Source of the DNA: Calcarisporiella thermophila CBS 279.70
Lineage: Eukaryota; Fungi; Calcarisporiellomycota
DNA: 64,000 nt
Reading direction: 5' to 3'
NCBI RefSeq assembly: GCF_041956535.1
Contig: NW_027192205.1
Span: forward strand, 186,001 to 250,000
Shown: piece after piece, positions 42,741-55,096 of the stretch
How positions within the stretch are numbered: the stretch's first letter is position 1
Layout: every line of letters starts with the position of its first letter
Made by a program: the position numbers and the translations under genes
Notes under the pieces: model-generated
What the model was told of the DNA's origin: nothing
The model's input: the letters and a program-made list of their open reading frames with translations, nothing else
Database searches by the model: none

Positions 42741-43796
42741 TTAATACGCAGCAATGGGGGCCTGTCTCTCGAAGAGATCTGACAGCCGTCTCCGACTTGC
42801 ATAGAGCCGCCGTGCTGCCCGTGCTGCCCTCGCGACCTGCTCTTGTGCGCGAGCCATACGCTCCCGCACAACGTGCAGTCGCTCCTCTTCGGCAATCCAC
42901 CGCTCTACACGCGATGGGGAGCGCACCACTTGTGGACGCACATCTTTCATTGGCTCAATCAATGCATCGTCATCATCGCTCTCCACATCATTTTGCGCAA
43001 GTCTTGCTGCAGCAGTTTTCGCGGTTCGGGCAATGCCCTTGGAGAAAGAGAGGAGCGATGCGGGAGTAATGTAGGGTAGTGGCGCCCCTTTTCGAACCGC
43101 GCCCCATCCAACTGCTCCTTGCAAAAGGGCCTCCCGCTCTCTTCTCTCGCGGGCAAGTCGAATCTGCAGCTTTACGATTTTGTAGAACCAGTGGATGTGC
43201 AATGGGAAGAAGAATGCAGATATCTTCCATACGGCCCTGACCGGAAGAGATGAGTAGAACGCGTGGGTCATGCAGAGATGGAAGACAATTCGGGTGACGA
43301 AAAATAGTGCGGCAAAGAGGGTATCGTTACGAAGGCGCTTGTCCAGATGACCCACCGCGAGAAGTATGGTCGGCATCTCGAGAATGGTCATCAGGCAGAA
43401 CAGAGGGCTATGGGCATTGTGCAGCACCCACAGAAGCACACAGCCATAGGAGAGATGGTGGAACCATCCCGTCACGAGCGTGATGGCCGTGCGATAGTGG
43501 ATGCAGCCTAGGATCAAATCCAGCGCCAAGTAACTCTCAAAGAATGCGACGAGCCCTCTAGCAAAGGGTGAATCGGCCGGCAGATGAGTCACATCAAGGC
43601 GGGCAGCAATGAGGGCATATAGGAATGGAAGGGAGCCGATGGACATGACAAGGCTGGAGATAAGCGTAAGAATCCAGGCTTGTTGTTTGGAGGGGATGAA
43701 TGGGCGGGCGAGATAGAAGGTGGTGGTCTGAAGAAGTGCTCCGCCAAAGAACGAGGCGAGCACGGCGGGCTCGGTGAGAGTGTGTAAGAGAGTCAT
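42741..43796 (-). CDS. TLC (TRAM-LAG1-CLN8) domain membrane protein
   Basis: Multiple TM segments; YLALDLILG; GWFHH; EMPTILLA; FFVTRIVFH; LHIHWF. The start is set at ATG 43796, not the upstream TTG. Confidence 0.85.
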   Translation of the reverse strand: MTLLHTLTEPAVLASFFGGALLQTTTFYLARPFIPSKQQAWILTLISSLVMSIGSLPFLYALIAARLDVTHLPADSPFARGLVAFFESYLALDLILGCIHYRTAITLVTGWFHHLSYGCVLLWVLHNAHSPLFCLMTILEMPTILLAVGHLDKRLRNDTLFAALFFVTRIVFHLCMTHAFYSSLPVRAVWKISAFFFPLHIHWFYKIVKLQIRLARERREREALLQGAVGWGAVRKGAPLPYITPASLLSFSKGIARTAKTAAARLAQNDVESDDDDALIEPMKDVRPQVVRSPSRVERWIAEEERLHVVRERMARAQEQVARAARAARRLYASRRRLSDLFERQAPIAAY

Positions 43797-44276
43797 GATG
43801 GGGAAATTATCGACAGCTTCGGCGACTCGGTCACTCTCCGTTCTCCTCTCTTGGTCTGGCTGGCGGTACCCAAGAAAGAGAAGGAGAGGAAATAGAGAGA
43901 TATGGGCCTTGTCTAAGCCAAGAGGGATTGTTTTCATTTTCCCCCAACAAATTAAATGTAATTCACTCCAAGCAATCAGAACACGGAATGTAACAATGCT
44001 GCCAAAAGCATCGTGTTGATTTGCACCCTGTTGGTCAAAACCTATTAGATTAGGCAGGAACAGCATTGGAGACAGGCGCGTTAGGGTCGGATAGCACGTG
44101 AATTTCAAACCTGTGGAAATGCCGGGTTTGATAGGAGACCCCCATTCCTATTTGAATTAGGATTTTCGATTCTCTTGTTTTTCAATCTTTATTGTTTTGG
44201 AGACCTATAGATACAGACAGCTAGAAGATGAAATGGGTGAGGGGTATTAATAGTACAGGGAGCTTCGCTCATTGGC

Positions 44277-45838
44277 TCAGTTGTATTTATCGCACCAGTT
44301 GTCAATCGGAAGACATGCCAAATATTTACACTACCAAAAAGTTTAACTATTATTAGCTCAAATGTCCTAATTAAAGGAACCTTAAATCGACTTACCCAAG
44401 GGCATGCCTCCATAGGGTTGTTCTGTCAAGAAGAAGGGGACAAAGCAAAAGGGGAGGGGTTAGTCGATTAATTCCACCACATCTCAAGTTTGTAATTCAT
44501 ACCCGATAGAAGTTGAGGATGAGGCCTGTGAACAGTAGGACAAGCAACACTAGCGCAATCACGCGAGTTATCCACAGAATAATGGCGCGAGCCCTTTTTC
44601 CGAAATGGCTTGCCGGCATGAAGGCCGCGCCCGCCAACAGTCCAAACACGAACCCTCCGATGTGACTGAAGTTGTCGAGGAAAGGGAGCAGACCCAGCAC
44701 AAAAGAAATGGCAAGGAAAATGATCATTTTCGCAAGCTCCCAGCCTGGCCGGTAAGTTTGGCGCCAATTCAAGAAAATATCAATGATGAGGCATCCGAAC
44801 ACGCCGAAAAGGGCCCCAGACGCTCCCACCGATGCTAGTGTCAATTTCAAAATCCTTACATTACTACCACCCCTAAGATCCACCGAATCCCACAGATTAC
44901 TTACAGCTTCTGACCGGTGAAAAGTTCCCTCCGAATATAAATCCTCCTACCCCGCTTATGACATAGATCAGTGCATAGCGAAATGGCCCAATGTCGCGCT
45001 CTAGTTGTGCTCCAATCGAGAGCTGTGCAAACATATTAAACAAAAAGTGAATAATGCCTCCGTGAAGGAAGAGGGGAGTGATGAACCGGAAGTTTTGATC
45101 AGGTTGTCCGCTCTTAAACCCTCCAAACCCGCATGCTTGCTCCAATGTGCATACTGGCGCGCCCGGCACGGTGGGATCCACCGTGCTTGGACATGGCATC
45201 GCTTGCAGACTCTGGTCCGCGAAAGGCCTCATACAAGGCACGAATCGAGAGCCCACAAATACAAGCGTTTCAGCACTGGGGCCAATCATAAAATTGAGTC
45301 GAGGTGTCTGAATCACCTGGCCCGTTTGTTTGTTGTAGACAACAAATTCTGTTATAAGTGCGGCGAGCTGAAGAAGCGTTACAAGGTACGTGAAGTATGG
45401 GATCCATTTGCGCTTTGTAATAGAAACCGGTGGCTCAACCACTATTAATGGCTCCATTTTTGGTGTAGGTGCACCGTATGTATTTCCCGGGAGATGGCTC
45501 TCTCGATTTTGCACATTTGAGAATGATTGATCCCCTTGAGAATAATAAGGTTGATTATAATCGGGTGAGTATTGCTCCATGGCGCCCATGTGGTTATAGT
45601 GATAATCCTGAAGCAGATTGGCTTTCGAGTGTCTTTTCTCCGAAGGGAAAATCTCATTTGATCTACTTCCTTCACCAGCATAATAGGATGACGGGTCGCG
45701 TTGTAGCTGGTCATTTTCACTGCGCGTGTCTGGACTATTTAGGGGCGGTCCAGAGGAGGAGCCAAAATGGTGTTCATTTTGGTAAAAGTTTGTAGTGGTA
45801 TTATAGTCACCCTGTGTGTGAGGAGGATACTGATTCAT
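44277..45838 (-). CDS. Rhomboid intramembrane serine protease, 4 exons
   Basis: RFITPLFLHGGIIHFLFN; catalytic Ser in VGASGALFG; catalytic His in SHIGG; spliced C-terminus CPWCKYLACLPIDNWCDKYN*. Confidence 0.92.
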
Positions 45839-46061
45839 ATTGTGTGAAAGAGCTCAAATCGCTGTAAACTAGAGGAGACATAGAAGTAAAAAATACTGGC
45901 TTGATAAAAATAAAATTGTATAAGCCTCCTATAACTTTACCAGGTGTTCCGCCTTTTCGATGTTCTCGAAAAAACAAATTCCTGTGGCGTTTTTTGGAGG
46001 TGATGAGCCACAAAAATGAAAAAAGAGTCACATTTATATAGCGTTTAGTTAAAATATTTGA

Positions 46062-47327
46062 ATGTTCAAAATGAATAGTAATTTAAACAAGCGGGCTCGC
46101 ACTGATCTCTACCTGCTCTCCTCTAAAAACCTTACCACTGATCCCCTTATATCATATGGCTTTCGAAGTCGTCGACGCACATCCGCATTAACTTCTTGTT
46201 CCGCCAATACCTCATCCAATGCTGACAAAAGTTTGAATCAAGGGGCAGATGATGTAGAATTAGTCTCTGTCATTCGAAATCTCCAATCCAAATCAATAGG
46301 TAAATTAAAAGATCGGAATGCTCTAGCTGCATTTAGTGTCAAAATTTGTATGCTACATCAGCTTTATGGGCTCGTTCCGGATAACACCGCAGTGGATCGC
46401 AATATAGTATGTTTAATCAAAATCTAAAAGGTGATCCGTAGTAGCTAAGCTAATGGCCAATTTTGAAACTTTTTTAGGACCGTCTGATTAAGAATAAAAA
46501 ACTACGCAAATTCCGTCTCGGCGGAAGTATAGAGGATGAATTTGTTGTGATGTTTTTGAGTGATTATTTGCATCAGATACAGGAAGCAAAGAAAGAATTT
46601 ATTAAAGATGGTGAATATGAGGAGCATTTACGGAAGGTGGATGTGGGCTTATTTGGTAGTAGATAGATGATCCAACTGTTTATCGGAGTTTTGCTAGCTA
46701 ATGCTCTATATATTAATGTTTAGATCGATTCCACAAGTTGGTTGCTGAAGGATCTTATACAGACGTCACCATTGCAAAAACATCGTTGCAAAAAGAAATG
46801 CAAATTACGGATGAAGAAATCAAGTAGGCTCAATTTCATATTTGCCAATTATTACTAAATTTCTGACATCAAATATATTTGATTAGGGTTCTGATCCAAT
46901 ATGGACTCCTTGTCCTCTCTTCTCCCTTTAGCTATGGATTCTCGGTTCGTGGTGCAGGATTGTTTATGTCTAATTTTCTCAAAGGAAGGGTTGAAATATT
47001 ACGAATGCTAAAAAGAAGGCAATACAAGGAAATATTGCAAAAGGTATACTCATTACTTTTTCCCCATTAAATGCTACTGTATACTAAATCATTTATGCAT
47101 TAGCAATTCGAGGAGAAGAAAATAAGAGCATCAGTGTTCAGTCATGAATTTCATCTATTAGACTTGATTGGAAGCGGACGTGTTGAGATGTAAGTCTATA
47201 ATACTTTCATTTCTCTCTCACATGCTCACCTACTTTGATTAGTATTGATACAACCATGGGAAAGCTTATACGGCTCACTCGGAAGGGTGAATCAACTATC
47301 CAAGGGTTAAAACCGGGCAGAATTTGA
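46062..47327 (+). CDS. STK19: STK19-like tandem winged-helix protein
   Basis: Spliced translation includes HQLYGLVPDNTAVDR, LIQYGLL, GAGLFMSNFLKGRVEILRMLKRRQYKEIL and FHLLDLIGSGRVECIDTTMG, matching the STK19 family pattern from memory. Confidence 0.82.
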
Positions 47328-47394
47328 TGTTTTGTAGTTTGGCTCGCAAAGTAAAACCAAATGCATCATGGATCGTACGCATCCTCTCGTAGAT

Positions 47395-47613
47395 CTAATA
47401 AGGCACTGCTGCGCTCTCTTCTTTATGCTTTAATCTTTTTCTTCTCTCTGGCTCTCTTTTACTTGCGCGTATCCTCGCCCTTCGCTCATCCTCGTTCTTT
47501 ACACCGTTCGGTATATTGTTCCAACGTGTACGTGTTGGCTTGAGCGGCTTTGGATCGTAATGAATGTTCCGGAGATGTCTTTTCAGATGACTTTTGACAT
47601 TGGGTGAATTGAA
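47395..47613 (-). pseudogene. ATG-less open frame containing a half C2H2 zinc finger and a basic tract; possible gene relic
   Basis: A 73-codon frame between stops reads FNSPNVKSHLKRHLRNIHYDPKPLKPTRTRW...ERRKRLKHKEE. No CxxC half is visible. Confidence 0.35.
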
Positions 47614-48208
47614 TTAGTGGCTACTGACAGGACTGCTCACTATTTAAAAAGGAATTTTGAAATTGACTCAAAGCACAATAGCGACTATACATATAGGATC
47701 CATCAACTTTCATAATTTTTTAATGATTAATTCTATATGTACCCGGAGATAACTATAATTACTGCTAAGTGTGTTAATTATTCTGTTTAACTTCAAGTCA
47801 CAAATTTACCCTAGTCGAAATTAATGGAAATATATGTATTATTATTGATAATAAATGAATAAAAATAAAAAAATGCAGCAGATATTATTGATACGCATCT
47901 CTTGCTACCAGGTACAGTTTTTTTGGTCGATTTATTGACAGTTAATAATACATGGAGTGTGTCTTTAAAAATTTGACGATTAATTATTCAAGAAATTAAT
48001 TAACCAACTTAGCAGTAATTAATAGTTATACCTGTGTACAATTAGTATTACCTTTTTTTATTTGGTGCCTAAAATTTGGTAGAATTTGAGGTAGAAAGTG
48101 TGATTCGTGGCTTATAAATTTTTAAAGGGGAATTAATAAGTTGCAGATACATCTGAAATGTATATTCATTCGTTTTTAAATCTATTTAGCCTGATCGATT
48201 CAGGAAAA

Positions 48209-49507
48209 ATGGTAAGACTCTCTCAATAACCTTTTTTTCTACCACAATCTTATCGCCTTTAAATATCTGGACAGATAGGTTACTGAGAGAGTTTATCAAA
48301 GGACTAAAACTCCCAAGTTTAAAAACAAATTTCAATTCGAATAGCTGCGATTTTTCCAAGTAAAAAAATTATGAGAGCGCATAGTTCCTCTCGACTCTCA
48401 AGATGGCTATGAGACAATCAACTCCTCTCAAAGTAGACTAACTTTGACGAATATAAAATATGGGGAACATTAAGTGATGCAGATATCACTACTTTTTCAC
48501 ACAAGCTGGCGAAGTTAAGAACACATGACACTGCTGCCAATCTACAGTTTAATTATGAGTCGATGTGTACTCTAGAAGAAACACCTGAACACATGGCATT
48601 TCAAGAAGGTTATCTTCCTGTTGAATGAGGCCAAGTGAATGTCCCAAGTGAAAATTATATCAAATCTCTGGTTAAGTTATCGAAATGGGCTTCAAATAAG
48701 TTGGGCTTGGCACGTCTTCATCGAGCTACGCTTAAAACAGGCGGACACCGAGCACTTCGCGAGGCTTTGATTAATGCACTGTTGAATTCAGATGAACTGC
48801 AACTTGTTAAAGCTCCTTTGTGGAGCGGTGTAAGTTGCAGGACCGGAGCGACATGTCACTGGCAGTGGCTCGTCGGAGCAGGTGTCAAGAAGTGGCGTCT
48901 ACTACGATCAGAAGAAAATTCGGCGATGGCGACGGACAATAATTTGTGGATACCAATTAAGGTTGAAGTAATCGATGATGCATTCATCTTCGGGCCTGGT
49001 GGTGATTATTCCATGCGGATCGAGAGAAGCCCAATACATCAATCTGCGCTTGATTCTGCAAGCGGTTTAATCATGAGATGGAATGATTTTACACCCCCCG
49101 CTGCACAAAACACCGGATATGTGGCAAGACTTGGGCCGCAAGCATTCTTGCGTATGGCTGTATCTGCTGAATATGCGAGCACGACATACTGGGCTCAGCC
49201 CCACCTTATGACAATGGTACTTGGAGAGCAATGTGGCCATGATAATTCAGCACAAACAGTGCCTAATTGGTGCACCGTCGTACGTCCCGAGCAACTTATG
49301 CGGGGCGGTTGTCGTTCTCCTAGCGTGGTGTTGGCACATGATAATCCCGTTGGGCACATGCAGGCGGCCATCATGGCTGCTGCACTGCATTCAGCGTCAT
49401 ACCACATGCATTTTAGTGAATGCGTGAAGTGTGCGGCCTTTCGAGCACACAGATGGGGTATACGCATTATCGTTGATCCTGCCGGGGACAGAGTTCTAAA
49501 AGGGTAG
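48209..49507 (+). pseudogene. Uncharacterised gene with a disrupted 5' part and an intact 290-codon 3' part
   Basis: ATG 48209 is followed by a GTAAGA...TAG intron to 48278. Stops occur at 48342 (TAG) and 48372 (TGA), a frame change is inferred near 48435, and an in-frame TGA lies at 48626. The frame is then open to 49507 and ends in VVLAHDNP...CVKCA. Confidence 0.55.
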
Positions 49508-50053
49508 AGGCATGATTAGCAAGTGAGTTTGAATATTAGAAGGTTCAAGAGTGAGTAGTGCTGCTAACCATGAGCTGCTACCCTCGTGATGTTTTAGAGG
49601 TAGACTCTAAAATATGGAGCAGCTAATATGTTAGATCGAGTTTGGGCTGCTTCATCCAAAAAAGAGAAAGAAAAGTTTCGGCGACAGATGTTTTAGAGCA
49701 ACTACAAGAGATAGTGAAATATTCCACTTAACATGAGGACAATGGGATGGGTTTTCGCAGGGTTGTAAGTTTTCAAAAACTGAGGTAAAGTATGGAACGG
49801 CTAAGCATATGATTTAGCTTTGATCAATGCTGTTTTATAGTTGGATATTTCATGTGTCGCGCACAACGCTATACCGCTCATTATATTAATAGAATAAATG
49901 CACCTTGCTCTTCTATTTCCAAATGACTTTGTTTTGAACGTCTATTAAGGAGGAAAGTTTTGACAAGTAGGACATCATATGGAATAAGGATAATTTAGCA
50001 TTTCTCAAGACGAACAGAAAAAGAGTTATTAAACCAATCAGTTTTCACTAGTA

Positions 50054-52756
50054 TTATGAGGGAGGCAACGCAACCTGCGAAGCATCCAGACCAAGAGCAT
50101 GCAAAAACAGATTTACATTCGCAATCTTCAAGGCCGCCTTTTCGCTCATTCCGCCCACTCCTCCGCTATCTCGTGTTGCCGCCGACACGTTCTCAAGCAC
50201 CTTCTCCCTAATCTCCGTCACCAGCACGTGCTGCTGCTCGACCGACGCTCCAACCGCAATGGCAGCCATAAACTGCCACACGTACATGTCGTCTCCAGCG
50301 GATGGGGGAGGGAAAAGAGAAATAAAGTGGTGGTGAAGAGATGAGAAGAGATAGTTGTACAGATCTTGCCTAAAATGGTTGGGAAGCGTTTTAACAAGCG
50401 TCTCTTGATGCATGGCAAGAACACTCCATCATATTTACCACTGGGAAATTTCACGGTCATTTGGCGGAGGCAGGCCTTGTTTCAGGATCTCGGCCCTGCT
50501 CAAGAACATGGTCAAAAACGCAAGCCCCACCTAGAGATGCACCGCTGGTCAGCACCCAACCACCTGCAAACTGTGTGTAAAAACCATACCTTGCTCTTTG
50601 CCACGTGCAATATGTTATTACGCTCCAACATCAGGCTCATCAATCCAATGACAATACGGAAGGGAGCTTCGGCAACAAATCGCAAAACAGGTGGCACCAC
50701 CGAATTCATGAATATCTCAATTTCTTCCTGCATAAGTTGATTGAGCTCCTTTGCAGGCCCTAGCATGTATCCACGGCACACATCGAGCGTGTCAAAGTTG
50801 GCAACCAGCATGGTCACGAGGGTGAGTAGCTGATCCGGAGAAAGCTGGTGGCATACGCGAGGGATAAGCTTTTTCCCCTTTGAAATGGAGAGGATCTGTA
50901 CAAAGGGGTGTGGGTGAAGCGTGCCGAGGGGTTCAGTAATGCGTAGCTCCGTCCACATGCTGCTAATGGAACTATTCAGCTCCTCCTGCCATTGCTGCAG
51001 CGCAATGCGCGCTTCTTGTTCAAGTCCTGGTAAGACTTGAGGTTGCTGCCGACGGAGCTGCTCAGCCTTCAGCAAATGACTGTAGATGTTCTCCACCCAA
51101 CGCAAAGTTTGCTTCCGGTTACTGATGAGGCTGCTTGTTATTGAGGATTGCTAATGACGGCGTTGCAATTCTAGTGAGAATCCAAATGTGACTACTGGAT
51201 AACAAGCCTCAAGGTTACCTTCGCATCCGTTGCTTCTTTCAGCTGAGGGCTCTCGCTGATCTTTGGTGACATCTGCAGCACTTGCCGAGGATTACGCACA
51301 GAGTGGAGGGTGATTCGTCCAAGTGCACCTTCCAATGAGACTGAAATAGCCGGTGAAAGGGGTAAGCCAATGCTAGGGTTGATTCGATATAGATTATGAA
51401 GATACCTTGTGTTTGCTTCGGCTTTCTCCTGGCGTCGTTCACCATCCTCTGCACCTGTTGTTGCATCCGCATGATTCCTTGCTCCATACGCCTCCCTCGT
51501 CTTTCCCCTCCTTGATTCGCCCCACTCCTCTGGTCGCGCTGATCTCCATAACCAGATGTGGGCGGCATTCCACCTGGTATTGAACGATTGCGGATTGCGT
51601 TAAACACTTGGAAGTAAAAGTCGTCAGCATACGGGTCATCGTTCACAAGCTGCGAAACTTGGATGCGGTGAATGTGTTCCTTGTCCTGCTGAGTCATAAG
51701 TCCGTTGTATTTCGACTAGTAACAGTAAAAGTATTCAGTTGGAATGTAAAGTATTTAGCTCAATTTGGGTTGCCTTTCTACTCACCAATGCGTACATCCG
51801 AGCATGTCGCTCACGCCTCTTCCGCTCTCTCTCCATTGCTTCTGCAGCCAGTCTCTCCTGCTCCAAACGGATAGTATCGAGCTGCTGGACATGAGGGGGG
51901 AAAATTGCGGGTGGAGCGTTGTTCCCCGCTAGCAATGCAGCCTCCACTTCTGCCAGGCTGAGAACTTTTCCGGAGGGTATACTATGTTGCTGCTGCAATT
52001 GAGGATTATAGGTAAGGTCGCCAGGCCATGTTTGGCTTTCGTTTCTTTGCCAGGGCTCAAGCTTGCGCTCTTGGTGAAGTTGATGGAGTGAGTCTTGTGT
52101 TGCTGCAAAAAGATAGCAAAAATAGGTTTGCATCCATGTGCTAAAGAATCAGTTTAATCGATAAATTACGTACCGATCCTCCCTTGCCAGAGCGAGGACA
52201 TACGCTCCGAGCCCATCTATTCAAATGAGTTTCATTATACAAATTCTTCGAGTTTAGCCCAAACTTCTATATACCTCACGCCCATCGGCAAATGGGGGCA
52301 CGGATTGATGCGCATCCTCCTCGCGATGAAGAACATATCCAGATGGCGTTTGCCTGTAGAATCCTTCATTCGACTGGTCCATTGGTCGCCTTACAAATTG
52401 CGATTCCTCCGTCTCGATCGTATCTCTGATTTTCTCCGTGTTTGAGGCAAAATCAAAGTCCTTCCCTGCAGAGTACGAGAGGTATTATTTAAAATGGTTT
52501 TATACGGTGGTCAGAATTTGATCTCTAAAAAATTCATGAAAAATATAATCTTACCAATATCGCCCAGATCTCCAAATGTTTCGTCGTTTAACTCATCAAA
52601 ATCGCCGTCGTCACCTAGTCCCGCCGTATTTCCATCCTCTAAAGTGAGATCCTCTAGCCCGGAGGCAAGCGCACCGCTATTTCTCTTGTGATTCCTCCAG
52701 CGGATCTCATCTTCCGGCGGAAGAGAGGTATCGAATCCAAAAAATGAATCGGTCAT
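50054..52756 (-). CDS. PAT1: Decapping activator Pat1
   Basis: SFFGFDTSLP; LNDETFG; KYNGLMTQQDK; DPYADDFYFQV; KGKKLIPR; VWQFMAAIAVGA; NLFLHALGLDA. Confidence 0.93.
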
Positions 52757-53034
52757 TGCAACATAAAGAGAAGATTTCTCTCTCTCTTAACTTGTTTTTC
52801 TTTGATGTCTACAGCGCCCCTAAATCGACAGAGAGCAGAGTATATTATTTCGAATGGCTACAATAATCAAATATTTCGTACTTTGGCAACCTCTCACTTC
52901 CGAATACTCAGTTATTGAATAATTGTGGCGCAGCTGTAGACGTCACCCGGAAAACTTTTTCTTGTTTGCGCTTTTCGCCGTGTTGTCGTTTCCTACTTCC
53001 AATCTCAATTTGCAAAAAGAGATAAATCAGTACC

Positions 53035-53531
53035 ATGGAGAACGAGCAGCGCAAGATTGTCGACCTCTATATCCCACGCAAGTGGTGAGTGCAAATATAG
53101 TTTCTAGATGCTGGATGCTTGAATGTAACCCCCATTGCCCTTAAGCTCTGCCACTGGCCGTCTCATCACTGCTAAGGATCATGCTTCGGTCCAGATTAAC
53201 ATTGGTGATGTGGATGCTTCTGGCCGTCTGACTGGCTCCTCCACAACCTATGCCCTTTGCGGTTTTGTGCGTGCTCAGGGTGAATCCGACGACTGCTTGA
53301 ATCGCCTGGCCACCGAGGATGGGCGTAAATATCATCTTTTTGCTTAATGCATCCATACGATACTAATTCATGCCTTCCCCCCTCTCTTCTTTTATCTCCA
53401 ATCTTGTGCATTTGCATCTGCTTCAAAAGTCCTAAAATCGTAAGTCTATTTGATATTATTTTAGCTTTGGCCATTGGCTTACTCTATTTCTTTTTTTTCT
53501 TTTCATTAGTGTTTGGAGCTACCAGCGCTAA
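53035..53531 (+). CDS. RPS21: 40S ribosomal protein S21 (eS21), 4 exons including a 10-nt micro-exon
   Basis: Spliced translation [36 protein letters not shown]...[25 protein letters not shown]. Confidence 0.96.
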
Positions 53532-53838
53532 TTCCTGTTATAGTTTTAATAAAATCCTGGTGAACATTATCGCATATATTCATTTCTCATATCTTCCTTT
53601 CTCTTCATCTTCAAATACTTCCTACTACACTATTTCCGTTTATTACCAATCTTGAGTATGTGTCAAACGATGATTCAAGGTTGTTGCGATGCGGAAGAAA
53701 TTAAAATCTGCCATTTGATATCATCTTTCAATGGATTATTAGCTCATTGACGAGAATAATCGGCTATCAATTGGAAACAATTGTCCTACTATGCTGCCAT
53801 TGCCATATTATTAGTAATAATAAAAGATTGAAATACAT

Positions 53839-54780
53839 CTAGTAATCATCGTCCTCTTCCTCGTCGGGTGTTTTGCTGCCAAAAATGGATTTCTTCACTT
53901 GGCTTGTATGCGATTGTGTTCGTCTCTTAATGACGCCTATTATTTGCAAAGAAGTTGAGAGGATAGAAATATAAAAATAGCAAAGCACCGAGAATCCTCA
54001 CCCGATTTTGCTAACCGCTTCTCTAGCATGTCGGTGGTGAAGGAATCCGTGTTTCCGAGCTCCTCGAAACCGATAAGACGATCCACCACCACGCCATCGA
54101 CAAAACAGAGGATACAAGGGAGGACCTGGATCTTAAGCTTCTCGACTAGGAAAGGGGCATTCTCCACATTTATCTTCATGAATTTCGTTGTAAAGTGCTT
54201 TTTCGCCAAATCCTAATATGACGTTTCCTTTGAAGTAAGAACCATGCTAGACAGAGACACAGTGTATGGCACTAATAAGATGGGAAACAACTATGACTTA
54301 CATGCAAATGCTTGTCCAGAATGGCACATCTTCTAAAATCCTTGTGTGAGAATTGTAATATGCAGTTTTTGATTGTGGTTGTTAGACTCATGATTTCTTT
54401 CTCGTGTGGGATTTCAGTATAAATCCCATGCTCATTCTTGCGCATCTCCTGCAGTGTCTCCATTCTATATTTTCATTAGTTCAAAGCAGATATATAAGCT
54501 TCAGACTGCACACTTACTCATTGCGTAGCTGTTGTATTCTCCGCTCTCGAATTTCCGCCAAAGCATCGTCTTCTGCCTCTTCTTTCTCAAGCTCTTCAAA
54601 GATGGCATCGTCATCAATGTCAATGTTGTTTTCATCATCTCTATGAACTGCCTTCTCAACTACCGATTGGCGGACCTCCTGGGTGCTAAAAGCAAAAATG
54701 AGATCAGAAGCTAGCTCATAAGGTAAAGTTACAAGAGCCTACTTCTCGCTTGGCGCATTTGTTTCGTCGATGTGTTCCAT
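53839..54780 (-). CDS. PLP1: Phosducin-like thioredoxin-fold protein (Plp1/TXNDC9)
   Basis: ERRIQQL; HGIYTEI; HKDFRRCAILDKHL; NAPFLVEKLKIQVLP; IGFEELG; acidic C-terminus. Confidence 0.88.
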
Positions 54781-55096
54781 TATTTCGGTGCAGTGTATCT
54801 AACTGTATAATAATGGCGCGTTAAAATAGATGAGAAGCAGTCACATACATTTTACACAGATCAAGGTCTACCATCATCATTGCTCACTTATTTAACCGCC
54901 CATTATTTCTTTTACACGAGAATCGCGAGTGTTTTTTTTCCTTTCTTTACTAAATCTTTAGAAAGGAGGAACGAAAATTTTCTTCTTTTCTTCCTTCAAA
55001 ATTTGGATTCCTGAACTTTTTTCTAGTCTTTCTTTTTTTTTTTCATTTGACTAATATAATTTTTCGTCTACAGGAGTGTTCCTCTTTCCAGCAATC

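Noticed and set aside
48626-48628. In-frame TGA as a selenocysteine or readthrough codon
   Set aside because: There is no redox motif around it and no SECIS I could recognise. Further stops and a frame change upstream favour decay.
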